Shown piece after piece: positions 56,900 to 64,000 of a stretch of DNA of 64,000 nucleotides. Each line of letters starts with the position of its first letter. Within the stretch, counting starts at the first letter, position 1. A program made the translations under genes and the position numbers. Below the pieces are notes generated by a model that made no database searches, was not told the DNA's origin, and worked only from the letters and a program-made list of their open reading frames with translations. Origin of the DNA: Chloroflexota bacterium (GTDB lineage: Bacteria > Chloroflexota > Limnocylindria > Limnocylindrales > CSP1-4); NCBI GenBank assembly GCA_034435355.1, contig DAOTXE010000024.1, positions 7,017 through 71,016 on the forward strand, given 5' to 3'.

Positions 56900-57758
56900 C
56901 CGACGACCGCTCGCCGGCGTCCCGGAGCGAGGTGCCTTGGGCGAGCTTCCCGCGCTGCACGGGATCGGCGCGCTCCGCCCCGAGCACGGGCCGCTCCTCG
57001 TGGTCGTGGGAGTCTTCGACGGCCTGCATCGCGGGCACGCCTATCTGCTCCGCGAGCTGCGTCGGGCCGCCGCCCGCCTGGGCGCGCGGGCGACCGTGCT
57101 GACCTTCGACCATCATCCGGACGAGATCGTGGCAGGTGCCGCTCCGCCGCTTCTGTGCGACCCCGACGAACGCCTCGTGCGGCTCGCGCGGGCGGGCGTG
57201 GCCGTCACGATCGTCCAGCACTTCGACGAGGCGCTGCGGCAGACGCCCTACGCCGTCTTCGTCGCGTCGATCACCGCGCGGACCCGGCTGGCCGGGTTCC
57301 TCATGACGCCGGATGCGGCCTTCGGCCACGAGCGCCGGGGCACGCCGGCTGCGCTCCGGAACCTCGGCGCGCGCGATGGCTTCGCCGTCGTGGAGGTCCC
57401 GCCATTCGAGATCGAGGGGAAGCAGGTCCGGAGCGCGGAGATCCGGGCGGCCATCGCGACCGGCGACCTCGTCGCTGCCCGGACGCTCCTGGGCCGCCGC
57501 GTCGCGGCAACCGGCCAGGTCGTCGAGCGGTCCCGAGCGGGACGGGAGGCCCTCCTCACCTTCGACGTCCCGGTCGCGCTCCCCCCGGTCGGCGCCTACG
57601 CGGCCACCGCCGAGCCGGCGCTCGCTGCGGCCGGACCGCGTGCGCGGCCTCGTGCGGCCGTCGTGCGGGTCGGAGCCGACGGGACGCTCGGCGTCCGGGC
57701 TCGGGCCGTGACGCTGGCGCCCCGGCGCCTGCGGGTTGCGTTCGTCGCTGCCGAATAG
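56892..57758 (+). CDS. ribF: FAD synthetase (FMN adenylyltransferase) with short, degenerate riboflavin-kinase-like C-terminal domain
   Basis: VGVFDGLHRGHAYLL, LTFD.HP, F......SAE.IR..I..GD...A..LLGR. The C-terminal about 88 aa lack the G.PTAN motif. Confidence 0.82.
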   Translation: MADRRPLAGVPERGALGELPALHGIGALRPEHGPLLVVVGVFDGLHRGHAYLLRELRRAAARLGARATVLTFDHHPDEIVAGAAPPLLCDPDERLVRLARAGVAVTIVQHFDEALRQTPYAVFVASITARTRLAGFLMTPDAAFGHERRGTPAALRNLGARDGFAVVEVPPFEIEGKQVRSAEIRAAIATGDLVAARTLLGRRVAATGQVVERSRAGREALLTFDVPVALPPVGAYAATAEPALAAAGPRARPRAAVVRVGADGTLGVRARAVTLAPRRLRVAFVAAE

Positions 57759-57784
57759 CGGAGTGGGAGCGCCGGTCGCCCTCG

Positions 57785-57813
57785 ACGCGTTTGCAGGGAC
57801 ACGCGTTTGCAGG
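57785..57813 (+). repeat. Direct repeat ACGCGTTTGCAGG x2 (period 16) in the rpsO promoter region
   Basis: Identical 13-mers at 57785-57797 and 57801-57813. Each contains TTGCAG; the second sits 17 nt from the -10. Confidence 0.8.
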
Positions 57814-57835
57814 ATGTGCCGTCGCCTGCTACGCT
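57807..57835 (+). promoter_or_regulatory. Putative sigma-70-type promoter of rpsO-pnp: TTGCAG-N17-TACGCT with TGc extension
   Basis: -35-like TTGCAG 57807-57812, 17-nt spacer, TGC then TACGCT 57830-57835, about 50 nt upstream of the rpsO start. Confidence 0.5.
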
Positions 57836-57886
57836 CCGCGGGTTTGCTAGAACGGTTGGAACAAATCTTTCGTGTCGGAGGACCGA

Positions 57887-58156
57887 GTGCCGCTCGTGCG
57901 GGAAGCCAAAGATCGGATCGTCGCCGAGTACGCGATCAGTGAAGGGGACACCGGCTCAGCGGAGGTCCAGGTCGCGCTCCTGACGGAGCGGATCAAGGAC
58001 CTCACGGGGCATCTGCGGCTGTTTCCCAAGGACAATCACTCCCGCCGCGGCCTCCTCAAGCTGGTCGGCCAGCGCCGGCGCCTTCTCGCGTATCTCGTGA
58101 AGAAGGACGCTGCGCGCTACCGCGCCGTCATCGCACGGCTCGGACTGCGCCGCTGA
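57887..58156 (+). CDS. rpsO: 30S ribosomal protein S15
   Basis: [20 protein letters not shown].....D.HSRRGLL.LVG.RR.LL.YL......RY..VI..LGLRR. GTG 57887 has a GGAGGA SD 5 nt upstream and gives the canonical 89 aa; the track start is 57872. Confidence 0.93.
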   Translation: MPLVREAKDRIVAEYAISEGDTGSAEVQVALLTERIKDLTGHLRLFPKDNHSRRGLLKLVGQRRRLLAYLVKKDAARYRAVIARLGLRR

Positions 58157-58168
58157 GCACGCGCTGAG

Positions 58169-58187
58169 GCCCGGGGAGCTCCCGGGC
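58169..58187 (+). promoter_or_regulatory. Hairpin in the rpsO-pnp spacer (partial terminator or processing site candidate)
   Basis: GCCCGGG-gagct-CCCGGGC, 7-bp stem, then TTC; 13 nt after the rpsO stop and 70 nt before the pnp GTG. Confidence 0.4.
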
Positions 58188-58256
58188 TTCGGCACCGGAG
58201 GCCGGCGCGAGCGCTGGCAGCGGTCCATCCCCGACGCGAGCGAGAAAGGAACGCTC

Positions 58257-60836
58257 GTGTCACTCACCTTCTCCGTCGAGTTCGGCGGACGCCAACTCAC
58301 CCTCGAAACGGGCAAGCTTGCGCGCCTCGCAGGCGGCGCCGTCACGGTCACCTACGGCGACACGGTGGTGCTCGGCACCGCCAACCGGTCCGAGCCCCGC
58401 CCGGGCCTGGACTTCTTCCCGCTCACGGTGGACTTCGAGGAGCGGATGTACGCCGCGGGCAAGATCCCGGGCGGCTTCATCAAGCGCGAATCCCGCCCCT
58501 CCGAGGCCGCAATCCTCGCCGCCCGCCTGACGGACCGGCCGATCCGGCCGCTGTTCCCGGATGGCTACAAGGACGACGTCCAGGTCGTGCTGACCGTCCT
58601 GTCCACCGACCAGGAGAACAACCCGGACGTCCTCGGGACGATCGCCGCGTCCGCCGCGCTCACCATCAGCGAGATCCCGTTCCTCGGCCCGATCGGTGCG
58701 CTTCGCATCGGCCGGATCGGCGGCGAGTTCGTGATCAACCCCACGATGCCCGAGCTCGCCGAGTCCGACCTCGACCTGATCGTCTCGGGAACGCGCGAGG
58801 CGATCATGATGGTCGAGGCCGGCGCGAGGATTCTCCCCGAGGCCGTGATGGCCGAGGCGATCCTGTTCGGTCACCGCGCCCTGCAGCCGCTCATCGACCT
58901 CCAGCTCCAGCTCCAGGAGGCGGTCGGCAAGACCAAGCGCATCCCGTTCCTGGATGCCGGCACCGGCTCGGTTCTCGACTTCGCCGCGAAGGCGAAGGCG
59001 GGCGCGGAGTTCGTCGTGCTGGACGTGGAGACGACCGGCACCAACCCGGAGATGGCGGACCTCGTCGAGATCGCCGTCGTGCGCGTCGCGGGTGGCGCGG
59101 TGGTGGACCGCTGGTCGACCCTCGTGAACCCGGGCCGGGCCATCTTCGGCAACCAGATGCACGGCATCACGACCGCCGACGTCGCCGGGGCGCCGAGCCC
59201 CCTCGAGGCCGCGAAGCAGGCGCTCGCCTTCATCGGCGGGGCGACCCTCGTCGGCCACTCGGTCGGCTTCGACATCGCCTTCCTCGAAGCGGCGCTCGCC
59301 GATGGGACGCGCGTCCGGCCCGGCACCTACATCGACACGCTGACGCTCGCCCGGGACGGCTACCCCGACCTCCCGAGCTACACCCTGGGCGAGCTGTCCC
59401 GCTTCTTCGGGATCGAGCTGAAGCAGGCGCACCGGGCCCTCCCGGACGCGGAGGCCACGGCAGCCCTGCTCCTGGCGATCGGCGCAGACCTGCCGGAGCG
59501 CCTCGGGGCCCTCTCGGCCGCGATCGCCGACTCCATCCGGACTGCCCGGACGTCCAAGGACGAGGCAAAGGCGAAGCTCGAGGCGGCCCGCCGAGCCGCC
59601 CGGGTCTCGAAGTCCCTCTTCGGCCTCGTGCACAAGAAGACCGCCCGCGCGCTGACCCTCTCCGAGGGGATCCGCATGGACGGACGCGGTGTCGACGAGC
59701 TGCGGACGATCACGGTCGAGGTCGGCGTCCTGCCGCGCGCGCATGGCTCCGGCCTCTTCACGCGGGGCGAGACGCAGGCTCTCACGATCGCCACCCTCGG
59801 CCCCTCCTCCGACGTCCAGCGGATCGACACGATCAGCCCGGAGACCGAGAAGCGCTACATCCACCACTACAACATGCCGCCCTACAGCACCGGCGAGAAC
59901 AAGATGATGCGGGGCCCCGGACGGCGCGAGATCGGCCACGGCCACCTCGCGGAGCGGGCGCTCCTGCCCGTGCTCCCCAGCCCGGACGAGTTCCCCTATG
60001 TCATCCGCCTCGTCTCGGAGTGCGTCACCTCGAACGGCTCCACCTCGATGGCGTCCACCTGTGGATCCACCCTGGCCCTCATGGACGCCGGCGTGCCGAT
60101 CACGGCTCCGGTCGCCGGCGCCGCCATGGGCCTCATGTCCGAGGCGGACGGGACGTTCACCGTCCTGACCGACATCCTCGGCAAGGAGGATTCCTTCGGC
60201 GACATGGACTTCAAGGTCACCGGGACCCGGGACGGGATCACGGCGCTCCAGATGGACATCAAGGTGACCGGGATCAGCGAGGCGATCATTCGGCAGGGGC
60301 TCGAGAAGGCCCACGCCGCGCGGATGACGATCCTCGACAAGATGCTCGAGGTCCTGCCGTCCGCGCGTGACACGATGAGCGACTTCGCCCCGCGCATCAC
60401 GAAGATCAAGATCAACCCCGAGAAGATCCGCGACATCATCGGCAAGGGCGGCTCCATGATCCGCAAGATCCAGGAGGAGACCGGGACCGAGATCAACGTC
60501 GAGGATGACGGGACCGTGGAGATCGCCGCCGTGTCCGGCGAGAACGCCCGCAAGGCGATCCACTGGATCGAGTCGCTCACCCGCGAAGTCGAGATCGGGG
60601 CCCTCTACCTGGGGACCGTGACCCGCCTCATGACCTTCGGCGCCTTCGTGGAGATCCTGCCGGGCAAGGAAGGCCTCGTCCGGATCGGCGAGCTGGCCGA
60701 TTACCACGTCCCGTCCGTCGAGGACGTCGTGTCGGTGGGCGACGAGGTCATGGTGGTCGTCACCGAGGTCGACCGCCAGGGCCGGGTGAACCTGTCCCGG
60801 AAGGCGGCCATGCAGCGCCACCTCGCCAAGGGCTGA
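58257..60836 (+). CDS. pnp: Polynucleotide phosphorylase with inserted DEDDh (DnaQ/RNase T-like) exonuclease domain
   Basis: GTG 58257 with GAAAGGA SD; 859 aa. PH1 (FFPLTVDFEERMYAAGKIPGGF.KRE.RPS), PH2 (IRMDGRG.DE.R......G.LPR.HGS.LFTRGETQ, NGSTSMASTCGSTLALMDAGVPI, DILG.ED..GDMDFKV.GT), KH (GKGGSMIRKI), S1 (G.V.R...FGAFVE..PGKEGLV.I.EL). The extra aa ~250-412 read FVVLDVETTG ... GHSVGFDIAFL ... HRALPDAEATA. Confidence 0.93.
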   Translation: MSLTFSVEFGGRQLTLETGKLARLAGGAVTVTYGDTVVLGTANRSEPRPGLDFFPLTVDFEERMYAAGKIPGGFIKRESRPSEAAILAARLTDRPIRPLFPDGYKDDVQVVLTVLSTDQENNPDVLGTIAASAALTISEIPFLGPIGALRIGRIGGEFVINPTMPELAESDLDLIVSGTREAIMMVEAGARILPEAVMAEAILFGHRALQPLIDLQLQLQEAVGKTKRIPFLDAGTGSVLDFAAKAKAGAEFVVLDVETTGTNPEMADLVEIAVVRVAGGAVVDRWSTLVNPGRAIFGNQMHGITTADVAGAPSPLEAAKQALAFIGGATLVGHSVGFDIAFLEAALADGTRVRPGTYIDTLTLARDGYPDLPSYTLGELSRFFGIELKQAHRALPDAEATAALLLAIGADLPERLGALSAAIADSIRTARTSKDEAKAKLEAARRAARVSKSLFGLVHKKTARALTLSEGIRMDGRGVDELRTITVEVGVLPRAHGSGLFTRGETQALTIATLGPSSDVQRIDTISPETEKRYIHHYNMPPYSTGENKMMRGPGRREIGHGHLAERALLPVLPSPDEFPYVIRLVSECVTSNGSTSMASTCGSTLALMDAGVPITAPVAGAAMGLMSEADGTFTVLTDILGKEDSFGDMDFKVTGTRDGITALQMDIKVTGISEAIIRQGLEKAHAARMTILDKMLEVLPSARDTMSDFAPRITKIKINPEKIRDIIGKGGSMIRKIQEETGTEINVEDDGTVEIAAVSGENARKAIHWIESLTREVEIGALYLGTVTRLMTFGAFVEILPGKEGLVRIGELADYHVPSVEDVVSVGDEVMVVVTEVDRQGRVNLSRKAAMQRHLAKG

Positions 60837-60881
60837 CCGTGGCGGCCCGGCGCCCGGCCGGGCCGATCGAGCCGTCCAGGC

Positions 60882-60909
60882 GCGTGCACCCGGGAGACCG
60901 GGTGCACGC
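60882..60909 (+). terminator. Strong GC hairpin after pnp, abutting the asd promoter
   Basis: GCGTGCACCCGG-gaga-CCGGGTGCACGC, perfect 12-bp stem; no U-tract; ends 3 nt before the TATACT element. Confidence 0.4.
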
Positions 60910-60912
60910 TGC

Positions 60913-60918
60913 TATACT
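60913..60918 (+). promoter_or_regulatory. Putative extended -10 element TGcTATACT upstream of asd
   Basis: TGCTATACTCCCG; GTG 60925 lies 6 nt downstream (leaderless geometry). Confidence 0.45.
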
Positions 60919-60924
60919 CCCGCC

Positions 60925-62037
60925 GTGCCCGCGAGTCCCTCTTCGAACAGCGGAGCCATGTCCACCGCCATGCGACCCCTCACGGTAGCCGTCGTCGGCG
61001 CGACCGGCGTCGTCGGACGCACGATGATGTCGGTGCTTCTCGAGCGTGACCTCCCCGTCGCGGAGCTCCGGCTCCTTGCCTCCGGTCGCTCCGTCGGCAT
61101 GAGTCTCCAGGTGGCGGGCCGGCAGGTCGCCGTGCTCGAGGCTCGCCCCGAGGCGTTCGATGGCGTGGACCTCGCGCTGTTCTCCGCCGGGGCGGACGTC
61201 TCCCGCGAGCTCGCCCCCCAGGCCGTCAGCCACGGTTGTACCGTCATCGACAACTCGAGCGCGTGGCGCATGGAGCCGCGGATCCCGCTCGTCGTGAGCC
61301 AGGTCAACCCGGGCGACCTGGAGGCCCACGAGGGAATCATCGCAAACCCGAACTGCAGCACGATGCAGCTGGCGCCCCTGCTCATGGCGCTGCGCGATGG
61401 GCCCGGCCTCGAGCGCGTCGTCGTGGACACCTATCAGGCCGTCTCGGGAACGGGCGCGGAGGCGATCGCCGAGCTCGAGACGCAGATCCGTGCCCATGCT
61501 GCCGGAGCTCCCAAGGAAGCCACCGTCTATCCGCATCCGATTGCCTTCAACGCGCTGCCGGAGATCGACACCTTCCTCCCCAACGGCTACACCAAGGAGG
61601 AGTGGAAGGTCGTCGCGGAGAGTCGCAAGATCCTCCACCTCCCGGACCTCCGCGTCTCCTGCACGGCGGTCCGTGTCCCTGTCTTCGTCGGCCATTCAGA
61701 GGCCGTGCACGTCGAGACCCGTGCGGCGATCACCCCGGACGATGCTCGTGCGCTCTTCGCGAACGTTCCCGGCGTGATCGTGCGCGACGATCCGGCCGCC
61801 CACGGCTACCCGCTCGCGACCGACGCGGCCGGCCACGACGAGATCTACGTCGGCCGGGTCCGCCGCGACGCGTCGATCCCGGATGGCCGGGGGCTCGTGT
61901 TCTGGTGCGTCTCGGACAACGTCCGCAAGGGCGCGGCGACGAACGCGGTGGAGCTCGCAGAGCTCCTGGCCGCGCGCGGCTGGGTGGCGCCCGCCTCGCG
62001 CCGCACTCCGCACGCGGAGGCGGAGACGCCCGCGTGA
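60925..62037 (+). CDS. asd: Aspartate-semialdehyde dehydrogenase
   Basis: VAVVGATGVVGR, DNSSAWR, ANPNCSTMQ, YQAVSG.G, R.VRVPV..GHS. Start uncertain: GTG 60925 (leaderless geometry), ATG 60958 or ATG 60970. Confidence 0.92.
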   Translation: MPASPSSNSGAMSTAMRPLTVAVVGATGVVGRTMMSVLLERDLPVAELRLLASGRSVGMSLQVAGRQVAVLEARPEAFDGVDLALFSAGADVSRELAPQAVSHGCTVIDNSSAWRMEPRIPLVVSQVNPGDLEAHEGIIANPNCSTMQLAPLLMALRDGPGLERVVVDTYQAVSGTGAEAIAELETQIRAHAAGAPKEATVYPHPIAFNALPEIDTFLPNGYTKEEWKVVAESRKILHLPDLRVSCTAVRVPVFVGHSEAVHVETRAAITPDDARALFANVPGVIVRDDPAAHGYPLATDAAGHDEIYVGRVRRDASIPDGRGLVFWCVSDNVRKGAATNAVELAELLAARGWVAPASRRTPHAEAETPA

Positions 62038-62726
62038 CCGCCTCCGAGCGCCGCGCGGCGCTCGACGCGATCGCGCTGGAGGTTCGGGCCTGCACCGCGT
62101 GCCGGCTCCACCGGGGCCGCACGAACGCCGTCCCCGGCGAAGGAGATCCGATGACGGAAGTCGTCTTCGTGGGCGAGGGCCCGGGCGCCAACGAGGACCG
62201 CCTCGGCCGGCCCTTCGTCGGTCGAGCGGGGGACCTCCTCGTGCGTCTGCTCGCCTCGATCGGCTGGCGCCGCGACGACATCTTCATCACGAACATCGTC
62301 AAGTGCCGGCCGCCGGATAACCGCGATCCCGAACCGGACGAAGTGGCGGCCTGCGCTCCGTACCTCCGGCGCCAGCTCGAGGTTCTCGATCCCGCGCTGG
62401 TCGTCACCCTGGGCCGTCATTCGATGGCCCGCTTCATGCCCGGAACCACGATCAGCCGGGCCCACGGGACCAGCGCGCCGGTCGACGCGGCGCTCGGCGC
62501 CGCGAGCGCCCAGGTCTTCGCCCTCTACCATCCCGCCGCCGCCCTGAGGACGGCGGCCGTGGAGGCTGCGAGCTTCGAGGACGTCGCGCGGATCCCGGCC
62601 GCGCTCGTGGAGGCGCGGCACCTGCGCGAGCGGGCGGCGGCGGCCCCGGCCCCTTCTGCGGCTGCTGCGCCGGACGGCGCGCCACCCGGATCACCCCTGA
62701 TCGATCAACTGACGCTCTTCACGTGA
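62034..62726 (+). CDS. Uracil-DNA glycosylase, family 4
   Basis: GTG 62034 (GTGA overlap with asd). C..C.L......VPGEG......FVGEGPG..ED..G.PFVG.AG.LL, NIVKCRPP.NR.P, LG......F......I...HG......A.YHPAA; Ala/Pro-rich tail. Confidence 0.88.
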   Translation: MTASERRAALDAIALEVRACTACRLHRGRTNAVPGEGDPMTEVVFVGEGPGANEDRLGRPFVGRAGDLLVRLLASIGWRRDDIFITNIVKCRPPDNRDPEPDEVAACAPYLRRQLEVLDPALVVTLGRHSMARFMPGTTISRAHGTSAPVDAALGAASAQVFALYHPAAALRTAAVEAASFEDVARIPAALVEARHLRERAAAAPAPSAAAAPDGAPPGSPLIDQLTLFT

Positions 62727-62730
62727 GGCC

Positions 62731-64000
62731 ATGACCAACCAGCAGCGCACGAACAGCGAGACGCCGCTCCGCATCATCCCGCTCGGCGGGGTGGGGGAGA
62801 TCGGCAAGAACATGTATGTCTTCGAGTATGGCGACGACATCGTCGTCATCGATTGCGGGCTGATGTTCCCGGACGAGGAGATGTTCGGGATCGACCTCGT
62901 GATCCCGGACATCAGCTACCTCAAGGAGCGCCGGGCGAACGTGCGGGCGTTCCTCATCACGCACGCCCACGAGGATCACGTCGGCGCGCTGCCGTACGTG
63001 CTCCCGGAGTTCCCGGGCGTGCCCGTCTATGCCTCGATCCTGGCCCGCGGCCTGCTGGGCAACAAGATCAAGGAGCACAGGCTCCACAACAACCCGCTGC
63101 TCGGGCTCGAGCCCGGCGACGAGGTCCAGATCGGGCCGTTCACGGTCGTCCCGTTCCGGATCGGCCACTCCATCCCCGACGCGATGGGGATCGCGCTCCG
63201 GACGCCGGTTGGCGTCGTCGTCCATACGGGCGACTTCAAGTTCGACCACACGCCGGTCGACGGCCGGCTGTCGGACTTCCACATCCTGGCCAAGCTCGGC
63301 GAGGAGGGCGTCGTCTGCCTGCTCTCGGACTCCACGCGCGCGGAGAATCCGGGCTACACGCCCTCCGAGCGGACCGTCGGCGAGGCGTTCCGGGAGATCA
63401 TGGAGCCGCTGGACGGGCGGGTCATCGTCGCGACGTTTGCCAGCAACATCGCGCGCGTGCAGCAGGTGCTCGACGCGGCGGCGAGCTTCAACCGGCGGGT
63501 GGCCGTCATCGGCCGGTCGATGGAACAGAACTTCCGGGTCGCGAGCGACCTGGGCTACCTCACCTATGACGCTGACCGCATCGTGGCCAAGGACCGGATC
63601 GGCGAGGTCGCCGCCGACAAGCTCGTGATCTGTACGACCGGCGCCCAGGGCGAGCCGATGGCGGGCCTGGCGCGGATGGCGAACCGGGACCACCGGTTCG
63701 TCGAGATCCAGCAGGGTGACACGGTGATCGTGTCGGCGAGCCCGATCCCGGGCAACGAAGAGTACGTCAACCGGACAATCGACAACCTCTTCAAGGCCGG
63801 GGCGAACGTCATCTACCACACGATCAAGCGGGCCCACGTCTCGGGGCACGCCAGCCAGGAAGAGCTGAAGCTGATGCTCGGCCTCACCAAGCCGCGTCAC
63901 TTCATCCCGATGCACGGCGAGTTCCGGATGCAGGTCCAGCACGGCCGCCTGGCGATCGAGACGGGCGTTGCGCCGGAGAACGTCTACATCCTCGAGAACG
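62731..64000 (+). CDS. rnj: Ribonuclease J (3' end beyond window)
   Basis: Not in the ORF track because no stop is reached. ATG 62731: LRIIPLGGVGEIGKNMYVFEYGDDIVVIDCG, metallo-beta-lactamase motif ITHAHEDHVGALPY, HTGDFKFD, beta-CASP region, HVSGHASQEEL, PMHGE.R. Confidence 0.92.
   Translation, partial: MTNQQRTNSETPLRIIPLGGVGEIGKNMYVFEYGDDIVVIDCGLMFPDEEMFGIDLVIPDISYLKERRANVRAFLITHAHEDHVGALPYVLPEFPGVPVYASILARGLLGNKIKEHRLHNNPLLGLEPGDEVQIGPFTVVPFRIGHSIPDAMGIALRTPVGVVVHTGDFKFDHTPVDGRLSDFHILAKLGEEGVVCLLSDSTRAENPGYTPSERTVGEAFREIMEPLDGRVIVATFASNIARVQQVLDAAASFNRRVAVIGRSMEQNFRVASDLGYLTYDADRIVAKDRIGEVAADKLVICTTGAQGEPMAGLARMANRDHRFVEIQQGDTVIVSASPIPGNEEYVNRTIDNLFKAGANVIYHTIKRAHVSGHASQEELKLMLGLTKPRHFIPMHGEFRMQVQHGRLAIETGVAPENVYILEN

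Noticed and set aside
58260-60821. 853-aa minus-strand ORF opposite pnp, and the 407-aa minus ORF 62719..63942 opposite rnj
   Set aside because: The + strand encodes textbook PNPase and RNase J motifs across the same coordinates. The antisense translations have no recognisable domains.
1-64000. tRNA, rRNA, tmRNA or SRP RNA genes, CRISPR arrays, IS elements, integrases, prophage or defence islands
   Set aside because: - No T-arm-like GGTTCGAATCC-type sequences.
- No regularly spaced repeats.
- No transposase, integrase or recombinase ORFs or terminal inverted repeats were seen.
- Non-coding gaps are all under 250 nt and are accounted for by promoters and leaders.

This rests on visual inspection only.

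Overview
The window is a very GC-rich (about 70% by eye, not computed) core-genome segment. About 60 housekeeping genes are packed on the + strand; only two are on the - strand (an LCP-family protein and rpmB). Many neighbouring genes overlap by 4 nt (ATGA/GTGA), which suggests translational coupling.

The gene order joins several conserved modules:
- ssb-rpsR
- ileS-lspA-rluD
- gmk-priA
- def-fmt-rlmN-rpe-dtd
- rpmB <> asp23-DAK2(yloV)-recG-rsmD-coaD-x-yceD-rpmF-plsX
- asp23-nusB-acpP-rnc-smc-ftsY-ffh-x-rpsP-KH-rimM-trmD-rplS-rnhB
- rpsB-tsf-pyrH-frr-uppS-cdsA-dxr-rseP-ispG
- nusA-ylxR-infB-rbfA-nrnA-truB-ribF-rpsO-pnp
- asd-udg-rnj

This mix of Firmicutes-like and Actinobacteria-like order fits a high-GC terrabacterial lineage; the taxon is inference only. 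I found no rRNA, tRNA, CRISPR array, transposase, integrase or obvious defence or biosynthetic island. The long reverse-strand and alternate-frame ORFs in the track are GC-driven artefacts.

The strongest finding is the pnp gene. It encodes an 859-aa polynucleotide phosphorylase with what looks like a complete DnaQ/RNase T-like DEDDh 3'-5' exonuclease domain (about aa 250-412). That domain sits in the helical linker between the two RNase PH cores, and all phosphorolytic, KH and S1 motifs are retained.

Other observations:
- A promoter plus the only U-tract terminator in the window lie in the nusA leader, suggesting an attenuator.
- dtd is broken by an internal deletion and frameshift.
- rpe carries an unexplained C-terminal extension of about 105 aa.
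- PriA has a Walker-A Lys-to-Arg change.
- RibF has a truncated, degenerate riboflavin-kinase half.
- An AT-rich -10-like motif, TAnnCTC(C/G)G, recurs upstream of many operons, and several genes look leaderless.
- A few conserved-neighbourhood hypothetical genes and a Crp/FAD-oxidase two-gene insertion are present.

All functional calls rest on motif recognition by eye and remembered family signatures. No database search was run.
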